64,000 nt of DNA, taken from Anthoceros angustus. Lineage: Eukaryota > Plantae > Anthocerotophyta. The notes beneath the pieces are model-generated. The model did no database searches, was not told the origin of the DNA, and saw only the letters and a list, made by a program, of their open reading frames with translations. The position numbers and the translations under genes are program-made. Numbering within the stretch: the first letter of the stretch is position 1; every line of letters begins with the position of its first letter. Below, one piece after another: positions 34,560 through 45,600 of this stretch. Location of the stretch: contig MU008167.1 of NCBI GenBank assembly GCA_010909165.1, positions 744,001 to 808,000 of the forward strand. The letters run 5' to 3'.

Positions 34560-36408
34560 TATGATCCCTCCTGGTATTTAGACAATATTAATGGAGCTAC
34601 TTCACACATCTGTTTCAACAAAAACTCTTTTGAGTCTTATTCTCCAACCACAGGACACAAGTTTATTCTCTTGGGTGACGATCACAACCTCCCCATAACC
34701 GGCGTAAGTCATGTTGTTCTCATTTGTAATTCAGGTCATCTTTTACTCCTCAACCAAGTCCTTCATGTACCATTCATGTGTAAAAATCTGATGTTTGCTG
34801 CTAGTTTATGTCAAGAACATACTCTACAAATTACTCTCTGTGCAGATAGTTGCTACATCTTTTATGCATCTAATAAGTCATATGCCATCTGCACAGGCAC
34901 TTTAGAAGATGGACTTTATAAATTGTCAGTCCAAGTGGGTCCTACACATTCCATAAATGTAGCATTCTGCCTCACCATCACAAACTATGCTTAAGCATTG
35001 TCGTCTAGGACATCCAAATAGTCAAAAACTTCTCCAAATGTCTAAGGGAAATCTCTATAGATATTCCTGTCTTTCCAAAATAGACTTGGTGAGAAGCTTG
35101 TGTCATCACCAAATGACATCAAGCTCCTTTTTAAAACATCTCCCTACAAAGGGCTACCTCACCTCTCAAGCTTGTTCACACCAACATTTGTGACCCCATC
35201 TTTGCACCTTCTTTTAGTGGTAGTAGATATTTTTTGACTATTACAGACGACTTCTCTCGTTTTGTCCTCACCTATATCCTCAAACACAAGAGTGATGCTT
35301 ATCATTTCTTCAAGGATTACATGGCCTGGGCAGAGAGATTAACATATAAAAAACTCAAGACCTTACGTTCCGACAACGGTGGAGAGTTTACATCACATGA
35401 ATTTGCTGATTTTGTCGAGCTGAAAGCATAACTCAACAACTTACGGTTATACACACTCCTCAGCAAAATGGCGTAGCAGAAAATAAAAATCTACATCTCC
35501 AAGAAATTACTGGCTGTTTATTATCCCAAGCACAACTTTCAAAAGTATATTGGGCAGAAGCTATCCTTACAGCCACTTATCTTATCAACAGATTGCCCAC
35601 ATTTGCAGTAAAAAATATGACTCCATATGAAGCATTTATTGGTAAAAAGTCTTCTATCGACTATCTTCAAATATTTGGATCTCATGCTTATGTTTTTATT
35701 CCTAAAACACAAGGTAAGAAGTTAGATCCCAAGGCTGCCAAATACACTTTTATTGGCTATACCGAAGGCATCAAGGGTTATAAATTATTTGATCCTTCTA
35801 CCAAAAAGCTTCTATATGCTGGAAGTGTCACTTTTCTTGAGTCTCACCTATTTTCTCCTTCAGTGGGGGCTAATGACTCTGGCAATCTCATTCCTCTTTC
35901 CGATGAGCATAATGATTATTCTTTATTTGATGATAGTGACACTCTTACTCACTTCCCCGTTCCTGCTTTACGTGTTCCTTTGGTTGAACCTATTATGCAG
36001 GAGGAGGAGGACTTAGCACGCATTCCACGACCTGACACACCTGCGTCAGACATCCAAGAACCTCAACATCTTGAGGACATACTGGACGACCCTGATGAAC
36101 TGTTTTCCGGTGAACCTGATCACCTCCAGACGTGGAAGATGTGGAAGATGCACAACCTGCTCCAAGGTACAACGTGCGAACACGACCTACTATTTCCCAG
36201 AAACCCAGTTTTTCACTTAATAACTAAGCACATAGTAGTCGAGTATCATTACATAAGGGAGCTGCTAGAAAATAAGACAATAGACATTAATTGCATACAA
36301 ACTCAGGAGAACCTAGCTGATTTATTAACAAAATCTCTTGGTCGAGACTTACATAATAAGTACATGAAAGTCCAAGGTATTTTAGACATAACATCTGAAC
36401 TTGCTTAG
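34560..36408 (+). pseudogene. Copia B pol remnants (protease, integrase, RNase H C-terminus; RT deleted)
   Basis: VLHVPFMCKNL; ITDDFSRFV...LRSDNGGEF; QNGVAE; TPYEAF...GSHAYV; then a direct jump to NPVFHLITKHIVVEYHYIRE...ENLADLLTKSL. Confidence 0.9.
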
Positions 36409-36499
36409 GTTAGATCACAAACATTAATAGTTAAGGGTCGATTTAAGATAACTTAATTATCTCAACCCCAAGTTTTGTCTATGTAGTTGCTCTCTTCTT

Positions 36500-38090
36500 C
36501 TAACTCCAAAATCTCCTCGTTATGTGCCATGGCTCCCAGCCTATCCATACCATGTGTATTTGAGTCTTAGGGCATACATAGTTCTTAGGAACATTGGAGT
36601 CCCCCTTTCCACCTGGGCAAATTAGAAAATCTACTGCTTGGGTCAAGTCACCAGTAGGCAAATGCTGTTTAGGAATCCAGTATCCTTCTCCATTGCATGC
36701 CATCATAGGTGCAAATGTTGTTTAGGAATCCAGTATCCTACTCCATTGCATGCCATCATAGGTACACTGATCCTCATGTTGGACGTTCCTCCACACTTAT
36801 TATTGCCTGCCATAATAGATTCATAAGCAAGAGAAAAAGTACAAGAGGGTTTGCAATAAATTATTTAAGTTGGTAGCTTACCAGTTTTGCTTTCCTCTTC
36901 CTTCTTATCTTACACTTCATGAATGAATCCTAGCCATTCCTGTCCCATGTCTGTATACAGCCATAGAGAAATAAAAGGTGGGCGTGGGGGCGGAGGGAGA
37001 GTGGGGGCGGGGTTGGGGGTAAGCCGTGCACAAGTTCTCTAACTACTGCTTCCAACAAGGACCACTAGTCTTTTCTTACCATTCACCAGATCATGTGTTT
37101 TTCTGCAAGCCATAGGGTCATTGTATATATCAGTCCTCAAGCAAGTAGCCCTCCAGCCGGGGCTTCCATCACATACTGCCTCCTCTTCACTTCATAGTTA
37201 GGAGATGGTATCATATACATTTTCAAGAACGGCTTTCGAGACACGGACACCGGTACCAGTTACTCTTCACTTTCACTCTTGGGTATGCTGGTACCTGTTG
37301 TGTGCAGACGTTAATCAGCCAAGCAAGAGGACAAGACACCAGAAAGTTGCAGCAACTCACCATTGACGGGCGACATCTCTTCGTCAACTCCGAAGTTATC
37401 ACAACTAGTGTTTTCTTCTTCCTCTATCTCCAGCCTGTCTGACGACGAGGAAATTTCCACAACATCTGTAGCATGCCATGCATCTGACTGAGCATTGCTT
37501 GAAGATGATTGACCCCCAGGAGTGCCCATCATCTTCTCTGACATCACGTTTTCTTCGGCCGCTTGATGCATCACAACATCTGAGTAAGGCAAGGGCACAT
37601 GCGCACCAGCAGGATGCTCCAAGACTCCTGTCATAGAGGGCTGTGATTGAAACAGGTGCGTCGCCCTCAACGTGCTCCATGACCTCATTTTCCCTGTGCA
37701 CAAGAGGCATTGGCAAGGGTGCGCGTTTTCTGCTTCTCCCTCTCCGGCGAATAACAGTGTGGGCAGGCTCTTCAATGCGACTACAGCAATCAGACTCTAC
37801 GGGGGCAGCGGACTCGGAGCATGCAGTAGCAGAAACGACTGATGCAAGCGCGACGTCCCAAACAGATGTTGCAAATTTTGATCTTGGCGATATCTCCTGG
37901 GCGCAGTGGCGGCGGCGACTCTCCTTCGAAGCGCGCTGCTGCAGCGACCCTGGCTGGCTGGTGTATGACGCGAAGGAGGCAACAACGCCTCCGACTCGGG
38001 CACTTGCAGACGTGAGGATCTTCTGGGCGCTACAGCCGCGCACTTGGTGCTTCACCGACTTTCTCCACAACTCACGGATGGGGGGGGGCT
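36500..38090 (-). pseudogene. Spliced antisense gene of unknown function inside Copia B
   Basis: GT-AG introns 37079-36951 and 36881-36807 (and possibly 37339-37295) all conserve phase 1; a few internal stops and a 53-bp duplication. Confidence 0.6.
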
Positions 38091-38601
38091 ATGGATGGCG
38101 ATGGGTTCCCGTAACCGTACGTGAAATCCGATATTTCGGATAATAGGGGTATTTACATGTCTATGGGTTTCCTATATTATTTATCCCTATTTTTCTTATT
38201 CGTTAATCTTTATATTTAATTAAATCCACTTAATTCGACGTAAGTTGGTTTTCTTTCCTTTCCTTTTCATTTAGCTTAATAACTAATGTTCTAGTGGGAG
38301 GTAGATAGCCATCTTAGGCTCATTTTCTAGCTCTTCTTCTTCTCTACTTCATAGTGAGTGGGAGTGATAAAATACATAATCATTTAGGGCACTATTCATT
38401 AGGGCACCTAGAAATCCCTAGAGTTAAACATTATTTAATTCCTAGGGCTAGAAGTGGTTATTTATTTAGTTAGTTGTTATATTGGTTATATTGGTTACAA
38501 CCACCTATAACCACCTCTACTTTATAAACACTTCTTTTGTTCATTAAATAGATACAATGCTACAAACTTCTTTGAGCAAGTGTGTGATTTTCATCAATGA
38601 C

Positions 38602-41044
38602 TTCTCTCGATACACTTGGATGTTTCCCTTGAGGTTGAAGAGTGAGGCATTTGATAAGATAGCTGCTCAGGATTCCCCTGATTTAATGACAAACAGGTAA
38701 GTTGGTTAAATGTCTAAGGATTGATAATGGTGAGGAATTTCTAGGACAAAAATATGATGATCTATTTCAGCAAAATGGAATTCGTAGGCAACTTACAGTT
38801 CCCTACACACCTCAGCAAAAATAGAGTTGTTGAAAGGAAAAATCAGACCTTTATGGGGATGACTCGCAGCATGCTTTGCTGGTTTGGTCTTCCAAAGGGT
38901 TACTAGGCAGAGGCTATTGCGACAGCCATCTATATTTTGAATAGAGTTCCCATAGCCTCTTTGCCTGATACAATCCCTTTTGAGGCCTTTTGGAGCAAGA
39001 AACCAAGCCTGCTCCATCTCCATATATTTGGCTCACCTGCTTTTGTGTTCATTCCTATGTCTAAGGGTCGCAAGTTAGACAATGAATCTAGTCCTTATTT
39101 CTTTGGTGGCTATTCTAAGGAAAGTAAAGCTCATAAGCTATATGATCCTAAGACTTGGAAGCTCACACTAGCTCGTAGTGTTATCTTTTGTGAACTACAT
39201 TCACCAAACATTGTAGAAGATTCAGGTCTGAATCTTTCTCCATCTCATAAGACAATTGGAACTAAAAATTCAGATGAGGACACACCGGCCTGGTCACCTG
39301 TGACTAATGTTGTCCAGCCTGTTCCTCAACATGATGATGCCCCTCTTGCTGATCTTACTAAATATCCCACCTCTGATGGTGAGTCTAGAACACACTTAGA
39401 ATCTTCAGCAACTTTTCAACATGAGGATGAGGAGCAAGAGGATTACACTAGGGCTGTTGGGCTCGATGCGGATGTCCTCTCAGATGTTGTTGACCAAGTG
39501 GAGCCACCAGCTGATTTTGATCATGATGTTGCTGAGGATTTTCCAGCTGCTGATGACGATCAGGAAGGCTCCACTGATAGTGACCGACGTCTCTCACCAC
39601 GTCGTGAAGAGCCTGTTTCAAGGTCTCCTACTCGTGAGTGTAGACCTCGTGTGAGTATTGGTTAGAACCACCATATCAGCCAGTGGATTTCAGACGTCAT
39701 GGTGCCCATGTTTCTAGCCTACATGTACCTGATGTGAGGCATGATCCTCAATCTTATGAAGAGGCTATAAATGGACCAGATGGACACCATTTGCGAATTT
39801 CGATTGACAATGAGTACAACTCTCTGATTAAAAATAACACTTGGGAACTTGTGGATCTTCCATATGGCAGGAAACCAATTAGCTATAAGTGGGTTTTAAT
39901 ACTAAGTTGAAGGTTGATGGGACAGTGGCTAGATATAAGTCACGTCTGGTTGCTAGGGGGTTTAGCCGAAATACCCGGGATAGACCATGGGGACACCTTC
40001 TCACCTGTTGTGAAGCCTCCCTATGTCTGGATGTTGTTAGCCATGGCTGCTGAGTTCTAGCCCTGTATGTCGATGACTGTGTTCTTTTGAGTAACAGCAC
40101 TCCACAGCTCGAGAAGGTGAAGGACATGCGTACTGAGTTTGAAATGACGGATCAAGGTGATCTTCAGTTATGTTTGGGCATACAGATTTTACGTCATTGG
40201 GCTGCTGGTCAGATTACCTTTCATCAAACTAAGTATATAAAGAAATTACTAAACGTTTCCATATGGATAAGGCCTGACCTGTTACAACTTCCTTTGCAGT
40301 GGGGGAAAAGCTTAGTGTTGGGCAGGCTCCTTAGAGTGCAGATGATATTCAAAATATGGCAACTGTACCTTATGCAGAGGCCGTCGGCAGTTTGATTTTC
40401 CTGGCCAATTGGACACATCCAGATATTAGCTACAATGTTAGCATTATGTCCCAATTCCTCAAGCAGCTAGGTCGCGCACATTGGACAGCTATTAAGCATA
40501 TATATCATTATCTTAAGGGTTGCATCAGCTATGGGCTACAATATTCGGCAAGTGGGAGCAAATCTTTGTTGCTTATCTCTTATGCTGATGCCGATTGGGC
40601 TTCTAATGCCGATACGAGAAAGAGTCTTTTAGCTTATTGTTTCATTCTGGCCTTCGGGTCTGTTAGCTAGAGCTGCACGAAACAAGCTTCTCTCGCCTTG
40701 TTCTCAACAGAAGCTAAGTACAAAGCTTTGACCATGCCTGTTAGGAGGTAAAGTGGGAGCATCAATTCTTAGATTCTCTCAATCAGTCACAACCGGATCC
40801 TACTAATTTGTTTTGTGACAATATGGGTGCTATAGCTCTAGTTGCTAACCCTTGGTTCCATGCTAGGACTAAGCATATAGAGCTATATTACCACTACATC
40901 CGTGATGTTGCCGAGAGAGAAATAGTAAAGGTCAAGTACATCAGCACAGAAGACAACACTGCTGATATTTTAACTATGGCAATTCCAAAAATTAAGCACT
41001 TTAAGCACCTAGAGTCTCTAGGTCTTAAGGAGTTCCAATTTTAA
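38602..41044 (+). pseudogene. Copia A pol remnants (integrase, RT, RNase H)
   Basis: DFSRYTWMFPLRLKSEA; HLHIFGSPAFV; PQSYEEA...WELVDLP; YKSRLVARG; YVDDC; RTKHIELYYHYIRD...ADILT. Confidence 0.9.
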
Positions 41045-41359
41045 CTAACAGCCTTGCTACTTGAGCCATTTGGATGGTCTCTTATAAATTTTACAATTTT
41101 CAGATTGAAGTTATACTAGCTGCTAATTCCTTAGCTTGCTAGTTGTCATCACCTAAGTCTATTTACACATTTTAAGGCATCCATGGTCAGTACAACATTT
41201 AGTTAGTCAAGCCATCTGCATAATACAAGTCAGCTCAATGGATGAAGCATAAAGCTAAGATCTAATCGTGAACTAACAAGTTTTAGTCCTAAGTGTTAGT
41301 GACTAAAAGCTAGTGCAGATCCTATTTAGGTAATAGGATCCAGTGTATTGCTTAGTTAC

Positions 41360-42060
41360 CTTTTGAAGACGCCTCAGGCACCACCCACTCCTCCCATTGT
41401 GCATCCAGAGCATGAAGGTCTTATCTGTCCTGTTCTAAGTGGGCAATCCGTCTTCTTATCACACCATGGATCTCCTCTCTGTCCTCTTCAAAGTATCTCT
41501 ATTCATACCTCACGTCAGGATTACGGTTAGGATCATAATGCATTGGACGTCTATGGAGTTTATCCATTAGCTAAATCTGGGGGTGACCTAGATGGATAAA
41601 CTGGGATGGGAGGTAGCATACTCAAAGTTGGCATAGGCCGAGAGACTGATGTGGTTGGAGCTCGAGGGCTTGTGACTCTGTGAGGAACATCTTCAATTTC
41701 TACATGAACACACACACATAATGATCAGCGAAGGGCCACCCATAGTCTATCTACAACGTTGCCTTATCATATTTGGATGCGGAACAGAGGCAGAGGACAT
41801 GTTCTTCAGCGATTGTAGGGAACTTCTCGCTCAGTAGCCTATGGTGCCCGTTTCTATTCAATCGCATCTAACTCTTCAGCATCTGTGTAGTACAGGAAAC
41901 AGCGCGAGTTTATGGAGTGTGGGCATATTGACGTGCTTCTTGATGTCCTCGCCTGCAGTGTGATTTGGGTGGGGGTCCGCGCCTCGGTGAGGGCCGAATT
42001 CGGACATTTCAGGATGCAAGCTCGGATTGCGGGCCCAGGGATGAGGTGGTCCACTCATAC
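41360..42060 (-). pseudogene. Decayed antisense ORF between pol and the 3' LTR of Copia A
   Basis: Long minus-strand frame with scattered stops (…FLYYTDAEELDAIE*…PPIPVYPSRSPP…YFEEDREEIHGVIRRRIAHLEQDR…) ending at a GTAACT donor-like site. Confidence 0.45.
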
Positions 42061-42641
42061 GTGCCTATCGCCGCGCGCCACCCGCACTTGGTAGGTGGGT
42101 GTGGGCAAGGTCGCTGGCAATCGCCCGTGCTAATGGGCGCCTATCGCGTCTGCCTTCTGCCCTCCATTGTCTGATGACCTTGCCGTAGGCTTTGGTTGCC
42201 TTCTCTCGCGTCTCGTGCCCTTCGCTCGTTGGTGATGTGTGTATTTTTAAGGGGATAATGTGGGCACGGGGGTTGTGTGGCCATTAATGGTTGCTAGCTG
42301 CTGTGTGTTACTAGCAATAACTGGTGGTTTTATAAATACCTGCCTAGGTTAAGTGGGAGAGTTAGGAACAAGGGGTTAGTTTAACCTATCAGTTATTATT
42401 TATCTAATGATTACTTTAATAAGTGAATAGACACTACAACCCCCTACCCACATATGTAAGATAATTTTGTAATTTGTTTTAATTAATTGCATCTTACCTT
42501 GCTGCAATCTACTTTTGCTTCGGCTTAATAAGCCGAAGCAATACCTTTATAATTTAAAGCTATGAAGACATAGTTGTAAGCTAATATTTTATGCGTTTGC
42601 AATAAAGCGATTTGAATGCGTAGTTTTCAACTCACCGAGGT

Positions 42642-45600
42642 TGTGGCGCGACTTTTGCTGACGGCCAGCCGGGCGCGCACAATCCCGTGTCGTTGTAGGA
42701 AGGAGTTCGTTCCCAAGGGAATGACAGACTCCGTTTGCAGCGTTTCAGGCGATTCTCGTCTTACTTTGCGTCCGCTCAGTCCCAACGCACACACTCCTTA
42801 GTTCACGTCTAACTACTCGCGACAAACACCGCACAGGCCGGTATGGCCAAACGTTTAAGGACCCGTTCGCGTCCGTTTCGTTCCCGTTCGTCTCTCACAC
42901 CTCTCGTCCACTCCTCTCTCCACTCACACTACACTTATCAGTCTTAAGGAAGACGCGCGGGTTACACAGTCCGGACCTCCTCCGCCGTTCCACCGGGCCT
43001 CTCCGTCCGGGCGCTGCACGCCCTCCCGAAGTCCCTCCGGCTCACACGTTCCGGTCCGTTCGGCGCTGGGCCGCGGCTCTGGACGAGCACGGGTCCCCAG
43101 TCACCCTTCCCTGCACACACCACAACACGTTAGGTCCGTCACCAGGACCCTGATCGATCCCTCCGGGGTTGCACCTTTCGGTGACTCGGGACTCACGTTA
43201 TCGAAGACACACAAGGTGCAGAGCAGCATCAACACCAAGGAAAGATGATTTATTGAGGCGGCTGACCCTCTTATACTACGCCGGTCGGCGTCTTTATTAC
43301 ACCCCTATTACGGTGGCGGTCGGTGCTAATCGACGCCTACCATCCTATTTCCTTCCCCTATCTCCTTCGGGTGGGGTGGAAGGTCCGGGTTCCGCCTTGG
43401 GATTGGTGGTCCAATCTCCGCCCGACAATTGCGCGCAATCGGATGATCCGGCGGACCTCCTTTCTCCCGGAATCACATCGGGTTGGGCTCACCGTGATCG
43501 GCCGCCACCGCGTCATCCTCCACTGGCCTTCCATGGGTCCCCTCCTGGGGTGCCTATCTGCTCCCTAGCGTAAGTCGAAGGGGCTCCTCCTTCTTGGTCC
43601 GGACCTCGAGGTCGGTCTCGACTCCGAACTGAACTCCAAGGGTCGGCTTATTTCTGGTCAGGCCGGGGTCGGCCTCGTCTCGGGTTCGGACCTCGGTCCG
43701 AACTTATTAGTCCGATCCCCAAGCTCGGACCCCCACATGGACCTCGTCTTGCTAGGTCCTCCTCCTCCTTACCCAGGCCCTTGTCTTGGTTGGGTTGGCT
43801 CCCCCCCTTGCACCCCCTGGGCCCTCACCCCCTTGGGGATCGGGTGGTGGTGAACTTACCAGGGTCTGCGTCCGCTCCTCTTGGGGCTCCTCTCCTTGTG
43901 CCGTCGTCTCCAAGCAGGGCCCCTAGGGTCCCACAGTCTCCCGTGCCCTTCTTCCCCTCAGGGCCTTCCGTCCGGGTCGTGGCGTGAGAGGCCTCTGCCA
44001 GGGAGCTCGGTGTGGTAATAGGCAAAGTCCGAATCCACTTCTTTGGATTGCCTCTTCCACGTGTGGAGCACCGATACTCCCTTCGCCATAGATGGGAGCA
44101 CATTGCGCTTGTTGCTCCACCTCCCGCCAAGTTTGATAGTGGGGGCCTTCATGAGGTGCCTGCCTCGGTCACCTCCATGTCATTGTTGCTCCACTTGCTC
44201 CAACTCCTCCTTGGTTCATTGCCCGGCTTGCCCGCCATAGCGCGTTCCCAAACTTCCTCGGTGGACGGTGCTTATGCCTTCCGGCGCCCTCGCCTCTTTG
44301 TCCATTACATTTTAACTCCGCCATCTCCGCTCCAGACGGTCGGGCAACCGCCCTGCGGGCTTCACCAGCCTTTCTCCATCTCGGCGGCGTCACGCTCCTG
44401 TTCCATCGCCGCGGCTCGTCCGCCCAGGCCGAGCCGCTCTATTTCCCTCGTTCGCGACCATGTCCTGAACTACCATTCCTCTCAATGATAGTTTGGGCTG
44501 CGGCTCAAAGTCTCCTTGCGGTCCTCCATCTCCACCTCCTGCTCCACCTCCGGCGGAGTGGAGATCCTCCATCTCCTTGTCGCGAACTTCTTGGGGCTGG
44601 TCGCTTGCTCCACCTCCTGCTCCATCTTGAGGCGGGCGCTCTATCTCTGCTCGAAGTCTGGATTCTCCCATTGAGAATTCCTTGCTTGCTCCAAGCGTCT
44701 TGGGTTGTAACTCCAAGGTGTCCTTCTTGTCCTCCTCCTCCGCCTCCCTTCTACCTCCTGCAGTGCGCCACAGGGTCCCCGATTTCCGGGTCTTGGCCTC
44801 CGTGTTTCTGCGGCTCGTCTGCTCAGCGCCACACTCGGCCTTGATTGGCGTGGCTCTCTCGGCCTCCCTCCACCGGTTCGATCACGCCGATAGTGATCGC
44901 GATCGGCCGTGGCCTCGCCTCCTTGGCCACCTTCACGAGCCTCTCGCCTCTGGGCTCCTCTCCTTGCGGTCCTCCATCTCCTTGCGGTCCTCCATCTCCG
45001 CTCCTCTTGGGGCTCCTCCTTCTTGTCCTCCGCTTCTGCGCTCGCCCCCTGCGGAGGTCCTCCATCTCCGCTCCTCTTGGGGCTCCTCCTTCTTGTCCTC
45101 CTCCGGTGAAGGAATTTGGTCCGGTCCTTGCGGATGGACGGACCTCCCTCTCGCCTCGGCGTTTCCCTCCTCAATCCGGCCGAGCTTGGCCTTCCTTCTC
45201 GCCTCTGGGCTCCCTCAGCTGCTCACAGGAGTACCATGCGCCTCGGGTGGCTTCTACCTCCACAGGTCTTCTCGGCCATCCCGAGACCCCAGGCATCTGT
45301 CCATGGCAGTGGCAGGACCCGCCGTGTTTCTTCCACGGCGGCTGAGTGAGGCTCCCACAAAGTCCGTGGCGGGGCCGGCATCTCCAGTCCTTGAGGACCT
45401 CCATACCGCCGGAGTAAGTCGGGGGTTCTCGGACCTAATCGGGACCCTTAGGTCACGAGTCTTGGCTCGGGCTTCCCTCCTTGGCCCGGCGCGAGCTCCT
45501 TCTCCGCCCTTTTCCTCACAGGGCTCGGAGGAGGTGAGGGAGTCCGGGAGCAAGCCTTTTGCCCCTTCGGTCGGCAGGACCCGGCTCAGGTCTGCCCGTG

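Larger units (their letters stand above)
32517..38596 (+). mobile_element. Copia element B nested in the integrase of element A
   Basis: 5-bp TSD ATGAC (32512-32516, 38597-38601); LTRs 32517-32694 and 38365-38596; perfect PBS TGGTATCAGAGC 32695-32706; PPT GAGTGGGAG 38356-38364. Confidence 0.95.
31348..42520 (+). mobile_element. Copia element A (host of nested element B)
   Basis: LTR-like copies at 31348-about 31525 and 42360-about 42520 (GGGGTTAGTTTAACCTATCAGTTATTATTTATCTAAT...); PBS-like TGGTGTCATAGC at 31526; protease FIDSGATAH; integrase ...LTLTDD|DFSRYTW split by B; RT/RNaseH remnants to 41044; PPT AAGTGGGAG before the 3' LTR. Confidence 0.85.
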
